This document shows, in pieces, positions 32,478 through 42,822 of a DNA stretch of 64,000 bases. The DNA comes from Candidatus Adlerbacteria bacterium (GTDB lineage: Bacteria > Patescibacteriota > Minisyncoccia > Phycocordibacterales > SBAW01). Both the position numbers and the translations under genes were made by a program. How positions within the stretch are numbered: position 1 is the stretch's first letter; each line of letters starts with the position of its first letter. The notes below the pieces were generated by a model. That model made no database searches, was not told the DNA's origin, and saw only the letters and a program-made list of their open reading frames with translations. Location of the stretch: NCBI GenBank assembly GCA_027451965.1, contig DAIDHJ010000001.1, forward strand, positions 356,799-420,798. The letters are read 5' to 3'.

Positions 32478-33071
32478 ATGGATAAATATGTGCAAATGAA
32501 ACAGATCCGTGATGAGCTGTTTGCGCTCACTGCATCTCCGCTGTATGCCTATCGCACACAGCACAAATACTATCCGGTAGTGGGGGAAGGGAGCCATGAT
32601 GCACCTATACTCTTTGTAGGAGAAGCTCCAGGAAAAAATGAAGCAGAGAAAGGACGACCGTTTTGTGGAGCAGCAGGAAAATTGCTCGATCAATTACTTG
32701 ATTCCATCAATCTTCCTCGCTCCGAGGCGTATATTACGAATATTGTAAAAGATCGTCCTCCGGAAAATCGAGACCCGCTTCCATCGGAGATTGAACTATA
32801 CGGCCCGTTTCTTGACCGACAAATAGATATTATCCAGCCGAAGGCGATAGCAACACTCGGTAGATTTTCTTATGGATATATTATGAATAAATTTGATCCA
32901 TATGCAGTTCTTGAACCTATCAGTAAGGCGCATGGGAAGATATTTGAAGAAGAAGCATCATATGGCTCTATAAAAATTGTTCCTCTTTATCATCCCGCAG
33001 CGGCAATATACAACCAACACCTTAAAGAAACGCTGTTTAACGATTTTAAAATATTAAAGCAGTTTATATAA
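32478..33071 (+). CDS. udg: uracil-DNA glycosylase, family 4
   Basis: GEAPGKNEAEKGRPFCGAAGKLL motif A and HPAAAIYN motif B of family 4 UDG. Confidence 0.9.
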   Translation: MDKYVQMKQIRDELFALTASPLYAYRTQHKYYPVVGEGSHDAPILFVGEAPGKNEAEKGRPFCGAAGKLLDQLLDSINLPRSEAYITNIVKDRPPENRDPLPSEIELYGPFLDRQIDIIQPKAIATLGRFSYGYIMNKFDPYAVLEPISKAHGKIFEEEASYGSIKIVPLYHPAAAIYNQHLKETLFNDFKILKQFI

Positions 33072-35042
33072 CTACCAAATTTCCACGCGATTTTTTTGAT
33101 CCCGATATAATTTGTCTCTCTTGCATACTTTGAAGGTAGTATAAAAAGGAGAAAAATTGGAAAGCGGTCCATTTATCCGCGTAAAGGATGGGGCATGCGG
33201 ATCAACCAATACTTGCATCTTTAGAAACTCCGATCTTGCTATGGTGCGCTCACATTGAGCAAAACCTAAAAAGAATCGTTCTTCCGGAGTAAAACCATCA
33301 ATAATGGATCTCCCTGTTTTCTGAAGACGTTTTTGGTAGGCCTCAAAAGCTATTACCAACCCGCCAAGATCAGCAATATTTTCTCCTAAAGTGAGTGCTC
33401 CGTTCACAGAGATAGTTGGGGTTACCTGGTAGGTATTGAATTGTTGTACCAGTTTTTTTCCTCTCTGCAGGAATGCTTCTCTATCTTTTTTTGTCCACCA
33501 ACTTTTTAAATTACCCCTATAATCAAACTTTGATCCTTGATCATCAAATCCATGGGTAATTTCATGTCCAATGATGGATCCAATAGCACCATAATTTACT
33601 GCATCGTCTGCAGTAAAACTGAAGAATGGCTCTTGTAAGATAGCTGCAGGGAAAACAATTTCATTCAGATTGGAATGATAGTATGCATTTACTGTTTGTG
33701 GTGTCATGAACCATTCTTTTCGATCTACCGGATGCTTTGATTTTCGTATGGCTTTTTTATGATGAAATGTATGCGCTCGGAGCATATTTCCAAAAAAATC
33801 ATCTGGTTTAATGAGTAATCCTTTGTATGTCTCAAAACGAGATGGATACCCTATTTTTCTACGCATAGTGTGCAGTTTACGAATCGCATTACGCTTGGTA
33901 TTGCTGCTCATCCAAGTAAGTTTTCTAATGCGTGTTTCATACACATCAAATAGATCTGATACGAGAAGATCCATTTTTCGTTTTGCTTCTGGATGGAAAT
34001 AAGAATGTACGTACAATGCACCAAGTGCTTCTCCAACTGTTCCATCAACAGCATTAAGCGCCCGACGCCATAACGGTTTCATCTTTATACTTCCTGTCAG
34101 GATTTTTCCATAAAATGCAAAGTGTTCTCGGACGAATGGTTCAGACAAAAGTGCCGCATGATCGTTGAGTAAATGCCATTCAAAATATATCTTCCATTGT
34201 GGAAGGGGAATAGAAAAGAGTAATTTTCCTATCTCTATAAAGAAAGACGGTTGAGCTACATTCACTCTTTTTATGTGTTTTGCACCTAATATACGTAAAT
34301 ATGTTTTCCAGGGAATTTGAGGGATTGTCCGTTCCAATTGAGTAATAGAAAACACATGATATGTTTTTTCAGCATCTCGGGTATCTTCTTTCTTCATTGA
34401 GATACGCGCCAAGCGTGTTTCAATAGACATCACGGTATCTACTGCATTTGCAATTTGGTTTTTTGGAAATTGTGCAATCGTAAACAGTTTTTTAATGTGT
34501 TGTTTGTATGCCTCTCTCACACGTGTGTGTTCTGGAGTATTTTGTAAATAATATTCTCTCTCCGGCATTCCTAATCCTCCCTGCCATAAAGTAAAAAGAT
34601 AGACATCGCTTTTTTTAGCATCTTGATCAAGTGCAAACATCCACGGAGATGTAGAGCCATCCCGATGTGCGAGTGCTAGATATCGAAGGAGTGCAGCGTG
34701 AGAAGTAATGGCGCGAATATCCGCTCGGTATGGATCAAGAGGTGTGCTTCCACGAGCATTCCGTTCTTTCATGTTGAACGCGGATACATACATGTCCCGA
34801 ACCAATTGTTCCGTACTTCCTGGGGTTAATTTTTGTTTACCGATCAAAGCAGTAAATAATTGCTTTATTTGCTGATCTGTATTGTATTTAACGATTTGAA
34901 AACTACCCCATCGATTCTCTTCGGAAGGGATTTTATTTTTTTGTATCCAATTACCGTTTGCAAAACGATAAAAATCATCTTGTGGTCGTACCGAATGTTC
35001 GATGCTGTGCGTATCGAAACCCCAAGTGTCCATCTTCTTCAT
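33072..35042 (-). CDS. pepO: M13-family zinc metallopeptidase (neprilysin/PepO-like)
   Basis: HEITHGFD (HExxH), NAYY, GENIADLGG motifs. ATG 35042 (MKKMDTWG) chosen because longer ORF-track start overlaps alaS. Confidence 0.85.
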   Translation of the reverse strand: MKKMDTWGFDTHSIEHSVRPQDDFYRFANGNWIQKNKIPSEENRWGSFQIVKYNTDQQIKQLFTALIGKQKLTPGSTEQLVRDMYVSAFNMKERNARGSTPLDPYRADIRAITSHAALLRYLALAHRDGSTSPWMFALDQDAKKSDVYLFTLWQGGLGMPEREYYLQNTPEHTRVREAYKQHIKKLFTIAQFPKNQIANAVDTVMSIETRLARISMKKEDTRDAEKTYHVFSITQLERTIPQIPWKTYLRILGAKHIKRVNVAQPSFFIEIGKLLFSIPLPQWKIYFEWHLLNDHAALLSEPFVREHFAFYGKILTGSIKMKPLWRRALNAVDGTVGEALGALYVHSYFHPEAKRKMDLLVSDLFDVYETRIRKLTWMSSNTKRNAIRKLHTMRRKIGYPSRFETYKGLLIKPDDFFGNMLRAHTFHHKKAIRKSKHPVDRKEWFMTPQTVNAYYHSNLNEIVFPAAILQEPFFSFTADDAVNYGAIGSIIGHEITHGFDDQGSKFDYRGNLKSWWTKKDREAFLQRGKKLVQQFNTYQVTPTISVNGALTLGENIADLGGLVIAFEAYQKRLQKTGRSIIDGFTPEERFFLGFAQCERTIARSEFLKMQVLVDPHAPSFTRINGPLSNFSPFYTTFKVCKRDKLYRDQKNRVEIW

Positions 35043-35102
35043 ATGCAATGAGAGTATTCCAGAAGATACACTCCTTGTCGAGAAATTGGTAAGATTGGGG
35101 TT

Positions 35103-37007
35103 ATGGATCTTAATGAAATTCGTTCCAAATTTCTTTCCTTTTTTCAGGAAAAGGGCCATACCATCATTCCTTCCGCATCGTTGATTCCAGAGAATGACCC
35201 TACTACGCTCTTTACCGGAAGCGGCATGCAGCCGTTGCTTCCGTATTTGTTGGGGCAAACACATCCATCAGGCACTCGGTTGGTGGATTCACAGAAATGC
35301 TTTCGTACAGGTGATATTGATGAAATAGGAGACAATCGACACACCACCTTCTTTGAAATGCTCGGTAATTGGTCGTTGGGGGATTATTTCAAACAAGATC
35401 AACTTACCTGGATATTTACGTTCTTAACTGAAGTAATTGGTTTAGATCCGCAGAAGCTCTATGTCACTGCGTTTGCAGGAGATGAGATTTATAATCTTCC
35501 ACGAGACGCTGAAACAGTTTCCATTTGGAAAGCACTCTTCATCTCCAAGGGTATTGATGCGAACGAAGCATACATAGGTTCTGAACAAGACGGATATGAA
35601 CGAGGGATGCATCAAGAGGAACGGATTTTTTACTATGATGCGAGTAAAAACTGGTGGAGCCGTTCAGGAGTTCCGGGCTCCATGCCTGAAGGAGAACCTG
35701 GGGGAGGAGATTCAGAAATATTCTATGATTTTGGAACACCGCATGATACACGGTTTGGCCCGCATTGCCATCCCAACTGCGATTGCGGTCGGTTTGTGGA
35801 AATCTGCAATTCTGTATTTATGGAATATTACAAAAAGGACGGAGGATTTGTGCCGCTCGCACAGAAAAATGTGGATTTTGGCGGAGGATTGGAACGTATT
35901 GCCATGGCGGCCCAGAATACTGAAGATGTGTTTTTAGTCGCGTATAAACCCATAGTAGAGGCACTAGAAACTCATTCTGGAAAATCATATGGCACAGATG
36001 CTGAACATACTCGGTATTTTCGTATCGTAGCCGACCATATGAAAGCTATAACGTTTTTAATGGCTGATGGCATTCTTCCGGCAAAAAATGATCGAGGTTA
36101 CTTTGTGCGCCGCTTGCTCCGTCGCGGTATTCAGTATGCAGATAAACTGGGCATTGAAAATGTAGCATTTGTGGTTGATATCGTGATTGCTATGTACCAA
36201 GACGCTTTTCCGTATCTGGTTACACATCAAGACGACATACGACTTGCGGTGGAAGAAGAAGAAAAACAATTCCGTACTGCGCTTAAACGGGGTATAGGAC
36301 TATTCAATGCATGGAAGCAAAACAGAACGTCGAATGATCTCCCTGCCGACTTGTTATTTACATTAGTAACCACGCATGGATTTCCTTTGGAGATGATAGA
36401 GGAAGTAGCGCAAGAAGAAGGGATACGAGTCGATGTGGACACATTCCATGCGCGTATGCGTGAGCATCAAGATCTTTCTCGCAAAGGAGCAGAAAAGAAA
36501 TTCAAAGGAGGATTGGCTGATACTTCAGAACAGACGACTCGCTTACATACTGCGCACCATCTTTTACTCCGGGCATTACAGCTGGTACTGGGTCCAGAAG
36601 TAAAGCAACGTGGTAGTAACATTACCCAAGAACGGTTACGCATTGATTTTTCATACGGACAGAAGCTTACTGATGCACAAAAAGAAGAAATCGAGCGTAT
36701 GGTGAACACTGTGATACAGGAAGATCTTCCAGTTATTAAAAGCGAGATGGAAAAGACGCAAGCGGAAGCATTGCATGCAGAACATGAATTTGGGGCGGTA
36801 TATCCGGATCGGGTAACAATCTATTCTGTTGGGCCAAAAGAAGCGACTATAGAGGAGCCGTGCTTTGAAAAAGCTTTTTCTATTGAATTCTGCGGTGGAC
36901 CGCATGTTTCCCGTACGGGCGAACTCGGTATATTTACCATTCAGAAAGAGGAGGGGGTCGGAGGAGGAATCCGCCGAATAAAAGCAACCCTGAGTAATGG
37001 ATCATAG
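35103..37007 (+). CDS. alaS: alanine--tRNA ligase, short form (catalytic + tRNA-binding + editing domains; no C-Ala domain)
   Basis: N-terminal class II AlaRS blocks (FTGSGMQP, WSLGDYFK), editing HxxxH...CGGxH. Ends at 634 aa. Confidence 0.9.
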   Translation: MDLNEIRSKFLSFFQEKGHTIIPSASLIPENDPTTLFTGSGMQPLLPYLLGQTHPSGTRLVDSQKCFRTGDIDEIGDNRHTTFFEMLGNWSLGDYFKQDQLTWIFTFLTEVIGLDPQKLYVTAFAGDEIYNLPRDAETVSIWKALFISKGIDANEAYIGSEQDGYERGMHQEERIFYYDASKNWWSRSGVPGSMPEGEPGGGDSEIFYDFGTPHDTRFGPHCHPNCDCGRFVEICNSVFMEYYKKDGGFVPLAQKNVDFGGGLERIAMAAQNTEDVFLVAYKPIVEALETHSGKSYGTDAEHTRYFRIVADHMKAITFLMADGILPAKNDRGYFVRRLLRRGIQYADKLGIENVAFVVDIVIAMYQDAFPYLVTHQDDIRLAVEEEEKQFRTALKRGIGLFNAWKQNRTSNDLPADLLFTLVTTHGFPLEMIEEVAQEEGIRVDVDTFHARMREHQDLSRKGAEKKFKGGLADTSEQTTRLHTAHHLLLRALQLVLGPEVKQRGSNITQERLRIDFSYGQKLTDAQKEEIERMVNTVIQEDLPVIKSEMEKTQAEALHAEHEFGAVYPDRVTIYSVGPKEATIEEPCFEKAFSIEFCGGPHVSRTGELGIFTIQKEEGVGGGIRRIKATLSNGS

Positions 37008-37038
37008 ATGCACATATGCGTTATATAATGGTGTAAAC

Positions 37039-37995
37039 ATGCCTCTCTTTACTGCAAAACCATCAGGAAAAACCATTGCTATCGTTGATGTTGAAAATGG
37101 TACTGTTGGCACTGGACTCGTGCATCTTTCTACCCATTCTTCTCCTCAATTTTTTGCAGAAAAAAGAATTCCATTTCCCTATAAAGAACAAGTGCATGGC
37201 GCCGCACTACTTGCTCACGCAGAACAATCGGTACAAGAGGGATTGTTGCATATAAGCGAGGTGGCAGCTCGTATACGCTTGCATCCATCACTCAATATCA
37301 ATGCAGACATAGAACGCATCCTTTTCTTTCTTGGAGCCCCGTGGAGCGAATTTATGATTTCCGCTCCACAAGAATACCGCACGGTCGCTCCGCGAATATT
37401 AACCACAAAACTTAAACGCCTCGGTGCACAGCAGTTTGATGGAGTATCTGTATCGTTCCATACCAGTAGCGTGGCGACTGCCAATACGATGGCGTTGTTT
37501 TATCCTAACGAAACGAGTGCGCTATGCATTGTAAACGGAGAGCTATCAGAGCTTATTGTGCACCAAGGTGAGCGTATCCTTGGAAGAGCAACTTTTCCGA
37601 CAGGAACACGCACAATAGATCGTACTCTGCAGGTGCATGCAGGAATGCGTCCAAATGAAGTGACTTCTGCACTCCAGCTTTCTCCAGCATACCTTTCAGA
37701 AACGCTCGCCGTTGTACAAGACCATTTTCTGGAACAACTCTATGTCGCTGCACGATCTCTTGTGGAAGAGGGAAATGTAAAACATTTTTTCATTATTGCT
37801 CAAGAACCATATGGCGAATGGTTGGCTAGAGCGATAGCAGACTCTCCGGCAATTGCATCACTTTGTAGCGGCGGGGGGACTGTGCGTGTATTGCGCGCAT
37901 CGCAGTTTACCCCTTATTTCCAAGCAAAGAACGAACGTTCAGACGTAATGTTGCTACTGGAAGCATTGTTTGCGTGCAGTATGCATCGTGTATAA
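37039..37995 (+). CDS. hypothetical protein; weak resemblance to actin-like (ASKHA) ATPase phosphate loop
   Basis: IAIVDVENGTVGTGLV glycine-rich N-terminus. Otherwise unrecognised. Confidence 0.35.
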   Translation: MPLFTAKPSGKTIAIVDVENGTVGTGLVHLSTHSSPQFFAEKRIPFPYKEQVHGAALLAHAEQSVQEGLLHISEVAARIRLHPSLNINADIERILFFLGAPWSEFMISAPQEYRTVAPRILTTKLKRLGAQQFDGVSVSFHTSSVATANTMALFYPNETSALCIVNGELSELIVHQGERILGRATFPTGTRTIDRTLQVHAGMRPNEVTSALQLSPAYLSETLAVVQDHFLEQLYVAARSLVEEGNVKHFFIIAQEPYGEWLARAIADSPAIASLCSGGGTVRVLRASQFTPYFQAKNERSDVMLLLEALFACSMHRV

Positions 37996-38002
37996 TTTTC
38001 TT

Positions 38003-39262
38003 ATGCAAGACATGATTCCTCCACGGGAGCGTTCCATTCGCAATATTCCTATTAGCACTAATACAAACCATCCGATACCGCCTCGCCAAACACCACCTTC
38101 CTCAAGACGCCCTTCTCGAACTCCTTTCTTCCGGAACATTTTATGGATCCTTGGCATTCTGTTGGTATGTGCCCTTGCAGGGGTAGTATTTTCTGCTTTT
38201 TTTGAAAATACAACGGTAACGCTGTACCCGCATACGCAAACAGTCAATACAACCGGAGCCATTACTGCCCAGCCTGACGCAGGAAACGGCACACTTGCGT
38301 ATCAAACCCTTTCTGTTACTCGATCTGCTACTACTAGCGCTTCTGCATCCGGTACGCAGCATGTAGTGAAATCAGCGACCGGTATAATTACTATCTACAA
38401 CGCCTATAGCACTAAACCGCAGAAACTTATTACTAACACTCGTTTTGCAGCGCCCAGTGGAGACATTTACCGCATTCATGCGCCGGTAACTGTGCCTGGC
38501 GCCACAAGGACTAGTACAGGTCTGCAACCTGGTACGGTTTCTGCGACCATATATGCCGATGGTCCTGGCAGCGCATATAATCTTGCAAGTACTACATCGT
38601 TTACAATCCCTGGGCTGAAAAATACACCAGAGTACACGACCGTATATGCTCAATCACAAGGTTCAATCTCCGGTGGTTTTATTGGTAATCAACCAACAGT
38701 GGCACCTGCTGACCTGACCACGGCTGAGGCGAACCTGAAGCAATCATTGGATAGCGGCGTATCGACAGCGGTGAACAGTAGTATTCCACCAGGATTCAGT
38801 CTTATTCCCGGCACATTGCAAGTCTCCTATACCGATATTGCGCAGACCCAAAATCCTGATACGTCGATCACTTTTGCGCAGAGTGCGACCGGTATAGCGG
38901 CGATTGTTCGGGACACGGACTTAGCTGCCGCAGTTGCCAAGCAGACTATTCCTACCTACAACAATGAACCAGTTACCTTCGCACATCCGGAAACGCTTTC
39001 TATTTCTTTGGCGGTAAGCCCTGGAAAAACACTTGGCCCGCTTTCTCTGCTTGTAGGAAACCCAGTCACTATCGTATGGCAGATTGATCAGAATGCGGTA
39101 GCCCAGGCGTTACTAGGTAAGCCGAAATCATCCTTTGAAACTATCATTCAATCATTTGCCCCCGCGGTGGAACAGGCGAAAGCGCAAGTACGACCGTTTT
39201 GGGAATCGCATTTTCCCACCAATCCCCAGAAACTGACCGTCACCGTCATGTCTCCACAGTGA
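38003..39262 (+). CDS. hypothetical membrane-anchored Thr/Ser-rich extracytoplasmic protein
   Basis: Pro/Arg-rich cytoplasmic N-terminus, one TM helix, long T/S/A-rich domain. Confidence 0.45.
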   Translation: MQDMIPPRERSIRNIPISTNTNHPIPPRQTPPSSRRPSRTPFFRNILWILGILLVCALAGVVFSAFFENTTVTLYPHTQTVNTTGAITAQPDAGNGTLAYQTLSVTRSATTSASASGTQHVVKSATGIITIYNAYSTKPQKLITNTRFAAPSGDIYRIHAPVTVPGATRTSTGLQPGTVSATIYADGPGSAYNLASTTSFTIPGLKNTPEYTTVYAQSQGSISGGFIGNQPTVAPADLTTAEANLKQSLDSGVSTAVNSSIPPGFSLIPGTLQVSYTDIAQTQNPDTSITFAQSATGIAAIVRDTDLAAAVAKQTIPTYNNEPVTFAHPETLSISLAVSPGKTLGPLSLLVGNPVTIVWQIDQNAVAQALLGKPKSSFETIIQSFAPAVEQAKAQVRPFWESHFPTNPQKLTVTVMSPQ

Positions 39263-39324
39263 TGAACGGAAAAAAGCGTTGACACATAACAATCTGTACA
39301 GTAGTATGCATAGCGTCGTTCAGA

Positions 39325-39537
39325 ATGGATAAAGAAGCATCGGAAGTACAAGGCACGGTCGAAGAGGCTCTGCCCAATACCTTATTTCGCGTCCAGTTGG
39401 ACGAAACGAAAGAAACGTTGCTTGCCTATCTTGCTGGAAAAATGCGCCTCCACCGCATCAAGGTGCTGGTAGGGGATCGCGTTGTTCTGCAGTTGGATCC
39501 ATATGGCGGCAAGGGCCGGATTGTTCGCCGGCTCTAA
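39325..39537 (+). CDS. infA: translation initiation factor IF-1
   Basis: 70 aa S1-like OB fold ([17 protein letters not shown]...[17 protein letters not shown]). Confidence 0.92.
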   Translation: MDKEASEVQGTVEEALPNTLFRVQLDETKETLLAYLAGKMRLHRIKVLVGDRVVLQLDPYGGKGRIVRRL

Positions 39538-39542
39538 CTCAT

Positions 39543-39656
39543 ATGAAAGTAAAAGCTTCTATTAAACCTCGATGTGCGCACTGCAAATTCGCTCGACGAA
39601 AAGGACAGCTGCGTATCATTTGCACTAATCCTCGCCACAAGCAGCGGCAGGGATAA
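39543..39656 (+). CDS. rpmJ: 50S ribosomal protein L36
   Basis: [37 protein letters not shown], below the ORF-track length cutoff. Confidence 0.9.
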   Translation: MKVKASIKPRCAHCKFARRKGQLRIICTNPRHKQRQG

Positions 39657-39674
39657 TATTTTTGTAATCAAACT

Positions 39675-40055
39675 ATGCGTATCAGCGGTATCACTATTCC
39701 TAATCAAAAGCGCCTCATGTTCGCACTGACGAGCTTGTACGGTATTGGCCAATCACGCGCAAAAACGATATGTGCGCAGGCAAAGATTGATCCGATGCGC
39801 AAAACAGAAGAACTTTCTTCGGAAGAAGAAGGAACACTCCGATCGATCATTGAAACTTTTAAACTGGAAGGCGATCTCAAACGAGAAGTTGCAGGAAATG
39901 TGAAGCGCCTCAAAGACATTCAATCCTACCGAGGCATGCGCCACGGCAGACATCTCCCTGCTCGCGGACAGCGGACTAAGACAAACTCTCGCACCGTGCG
40001 AGGAAATGTTCGCAAGACGATGGGATCTGGCCGCCGAAAAGTTGAAAAGACATAG
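39675..40055 (+). CDS. rpsM: 30S ribosomal protein S13
   Basis: MRISGITIPNQKRLMFALTSLYGIG N-terminus. Confidence 0.93.
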   Translation: MRISGITIPNQKRLMFALTSLYGIGQSRAKTICAQAKIDPMRKTEELSSEEEGTLRSIIETFKLEGDLKREVAGNVKRLKDIQSYRGMRHGRHLPARGQRTKTNSRTVRGNVRKTMGSGRRKVEKT

Positions 40056-40084
40056 TATTTATTGTATAAATCACCGGTATTCCT

Positions 40085-40513
40085 ATGGGTAAGAAACGAA
40101 TAGTCAAAAAAGGAGGAGACATGGACAGCGGCAAACGCGGCGCCTCTGGTCGTACGCCTCGACGCAAACTGGAAACAGGGATCCTTCACGTTGAATCGAC
40201 ATACAACAATACCAAAGTAAGTCTTACAGATACCGCAGGAAATATGGTGGTATGGTCTTCCAGTGGTAGCCTGGGATTTTCCGGCGCAAAGAAAGGTACG
40301 CCGTTTGCAGCAGCAAAAGTGGGAGAACTAATCGGCGACAAAGCAAATGCTATGGGCGTCAAAGAGGTAGCAGTAATTATTTCAGGCGTAGGAGCCGGTC
40401 GGGAATCTTCTGTTCGTGCATTCAGTACGAAAGGTATTCAAATACAATCCATTAAAGATATTACCCCTGTGCCGCATAACGGCCCTCGGCCGCCAAAACC
40501 GCGTCGCGTATAA
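40085..40513 (+). CDS. rpsK: 30S ribosomal protein S11
   Basis: GILHVESTYNNTKVSLTD...GMVVWSSSG...GVKEVAVIISGVGAGRESSVRAF pattern. Confidence 0.93.
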   Translation: MGKKRIVKKGGDMDSGKRGASGRTPRRKLETGILHVESTYNNTKVSLTDTAGNMVVWSSSGSLGFSGAKKGTPFAAAKVGELIGDKANAMGVKEVAVIISGVGAGRESSVRAFSTKGIQIQSIKDITPVPHNGPRPPKPRRV

Positions 40514-40520
40514 CATCCAT

Positions 40521-41123
40521 ATGATCATCGGACCAAAGTATAAAATTTGTAAACGCCTCGGTGCCTCGGTATTTGAAAAATGCCAAACCCAAAAGTTTCA
40601 ACTTGCAGAAACGCGTTCTCCACGCCGAGTAAAGCGTGGTGGCAGTGAATTCGGCGCACAGTTGCTTGAAAAACAAAAAGCCCGGTTTATGTACGGACTC
40701 TCTGAACGCCAGTTCAGTCGCTATGTGCATGAAGCAATGGAAAAGAAGGGAAGTGATAGTACCGGCACTCTCCTTTCTCGGTTGGAATCGCGCCTTGATA
40801 ACGTGGTCTTCCGAAGCGGCTTCACTAAGACACGCCGTGCCGCTCGGCAAGCGGTCTCTCATGGTCATATCACCGTCAATGGTCGAAGAGTGACAATACC
40901 GTCTTATTGTGTCACAATGGGAGACGTTGTCGCTATTCGACAGGAAAGCCGCATAAGCCCGCTCTTTGCGAATCGCAAGGAGGTAGCAGTGGAACAAACG
41001 CTGCCGGTGTGGCTTTCCGGTGATGAGAGCGGTTTTGCAGTGACAATCCAGGCAAAGCCAAGTGTGGGTGAGACAGAAGCGGCATTTGATGCTGCGAAGA
41101 CTATTCAATTTTATAGTCGATAG
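40521..41123 (+). CDS. rpsD: 30S ribosomal protein S4
   Basis: MIIGPKYKICKRLG start after rpsK stop. S4 domain near C-terminus. Confidence 0.9.
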   Translation: MIIGPKYKICKRLGASVFEKCQTQKFQLAETRSPRRVKRGGSEFGAQLLEKQKARFMYGLSERQFSRYVHEAMEKKGSDSTGTLLSRLESRLDNVVFRSGFTKTRRAARQAVSHGHITVNGRRVTIPSYCVTMGDVVAIRQESRISPLFANRKEVAVEQTLPVWLSGDESGFAVTIQAKPSVGETEAAFDAAKTIQFYSR

Positions 41124-41158
41124 TTTTTATTATTTATCTAGTATTCAACGATTGAGTT

Positions 41159-42112
41159 ATGATGGAGTACTCTATAGCGCTTCCGAGCAAGCCGCGCATT
41201 GTTTCCGAAGGGGAATATGAGGGTGTCTATGAGATAGACGGTTTTTATCCTGGATATGGGCACACGATTGGCAACAGTCTGCGTCGCATCATTCTTTCCT
41301 CACTTCCAGGAGCAGCCATTACCAGCGTGCGCATCGAGGGTGTGGATCATGAATTTTCAACCATGAATGGGGTCCGCGAAGATGTTGTCACTATCCTGCT
41401 CAACCTCAAAAAATTGCGCTTTGAAATTGTGAGTGGGGATACACAGACGGTAACTCTTTCCGTAAAAGGCCCGAAAAAGATTTCCGGTGCAGATATTACC
41501 TTGCCGGGCCAAGTTCGTCTTCTGAATCCTAATTCCTATATCTGTGAAATTACAGATAAAGGAACTTTTACTGCTGAGTTCAAGGTTGAACGCGGACTAG
41601 GATATGTTCCTCGCGAGATGCTCAAGAAAGAACGCGTAGAAGTAGGAGAGATTTCCCTCGATGCTATTTTCTCACCGGTACGCCGAGTAAACTATGAAGT
41701 AGAGAACATGCGTGTGGGAGATAGAACGGACTTCAACCGCTTGCGTATCTCCATTGAAACCGACGGCACACTCACTCCTCGAATGGCGCTTGAACAGGCA
41801 ATTGAAATTATGATCACGCAGCTTAAGGCAATTGTCGGTTTTCGCGAGGAGGAACTTGCCATGCCAAGCACTCCGATGGCACCGCAAGCACCGGTGCAGA
41901 GCGAAGAGAATTCTGAAGTCATGAAAACGCGCATTGAAGATTTGGATCTTTCGCCCCGCACGGTAAGCGCGCTTGATAAGGCAAACATTCGTACGGTGAG
42001 TGGTTTGGCTCGAAAGAAAGAAGAGGATCTTATGGAGATAGAAGGATTGGGACCAAAGGCAATTCAGGACATCAAGCGAGCACTGGCCAATTTTGGCATC
42101 ACGCTCAAATAA
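41159..42112 (+). CDS. rpoA: DNA-directed RNA polymerase subunit alpha
   Basis: N-terminal dimerisation domain and C-terminal alphaCTD (LSPRTVSAL...LGPKAIQDI). Confidence 0.93.
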   Translation: MMEYSIALPSKPRIVSEGEYEGVYEIDGFYPGYGHTIGNSLRRIILSSLPGAAITSVRIEGVDHEFSTMNGVREDVVTILLNLKKLRFEIVSGDTQTVTLSVKGPKKISGADITLPGQVRLLNPNSYICEITDKGTFTAEFKVERGLGYVPREMLKKERVEVGEISLDAIFSPVRRVNYEVENMRVGDRTDFNRLRISIETDGTLTPRMALEQAIEIMITQLKAIVGFREEELAMPSTPMAPQAPVQSEENSEVMKTRIEDLDLSPRTVSALDKANIRTVSGLARKKEEDLMEIEGLGPKAIQDIKRALANFGITLK

Positions 42113-42121
42113 TCACGTATC

Positions 42122-42469
42122 ATGCGACATCACAATACAAACAAAAAATTTGGCCGGAAGGCACCGCAACGCAGAGCATTCCTGCGGTCTCTTTCTCGCT
42201 CACTGGTACTCAAAGGACGTATTGTGACTACTGAAGCGCGTGCAAAAGCCGTTCGTCCGGTGGTAGAAAAGCTCATTACCCGCGGAAAGCATGATTCAGT
42301 AGCAAATCGACGCATGCTCACCTCACAGCTTGGTGATCCAAGCACCACAGCAAAGCTCATAAAGACTGCGGAGCAGTACAAAGCACGAAATGGCGGATAC
42401 TTGCGTATCGTTAAATTAGGAGCACGCAAAGGAGATGCGAGCCCTATGGCACTTATTGAATTTGTGTAA
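42122..42469 (+). CDS. rplQ: 50S ribosomal protein L17
   Basis: MRHHNTNKKFGRKAPQRRAFLRSL N-terminus. Confidence 0.92.
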   Translation: MRHHNTNKKFGRKAPQRRAFLRSLSRSLVLKGRIVTTEARAKAVRPVVEKLITRGKHDSVANRRMLTSQLGDPSTTAKLIKTAEQYKARNGGYLRIVKLGARKGDASPMALIEFV

Positions 42470-42470
42470 T

Positions 42471-42818
42471 ATGGAAACTATGACGATTGATGCAGAAGGA
42501 AAAACATTAGGACGTGTCGCTTCGGCGGCCGCAAAAGCACTGCTTGGAAAACATAGCGCAACATTCGCGAAGCATGTCGTTGCGCCGATTGAAGTTACTA
42601 TCCTCAATGCAGGAAAAATACGTATATCAGGAACCAAAGAACGCACTAAGACATATGTGCGCTATTCTGGTTATCCAGGAGGTCAAAAAGAGGAACGATA
42701 TTCGTCATTAGTGTCTCGTCGCGGTCATAAGGAGGCAATTCGCAAAGCTGTACTTGGCATGCTCCCGAAAAACCGTCTCCAAGCACGTCGAATAAAACTA
42801 CTTACCATCAAAGAGTAA
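42471..42818 (+). CDS. rplM: 50S ribosomal protein L13
   Basis: METMTIDAEGKTLGRVASAAAKALLGKH. ATG directly after rplQ stop. Confidence 0.9.
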   Translation: METMTIDAEGKTLGRVASAAAKALLGKHSATFAKHVVAPIEVTILNAGKIRISGTKERTKTYVRYSGYPGGQKEERYSSLVSRRGHKEAIRKAVLGMLPKNRLQARRIKLLTIKE

Positions 42819-42822
42819 TCGT

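Noticed and set aside
35043-35264. Longer M13 peptidase start (ORF-track 35264)
   Set aside because: It would overlap the alaS start by 160 nt and adds a non-homologous, Arg-rich N-terminus. MKKMDTWG at 35042 chosen instead.
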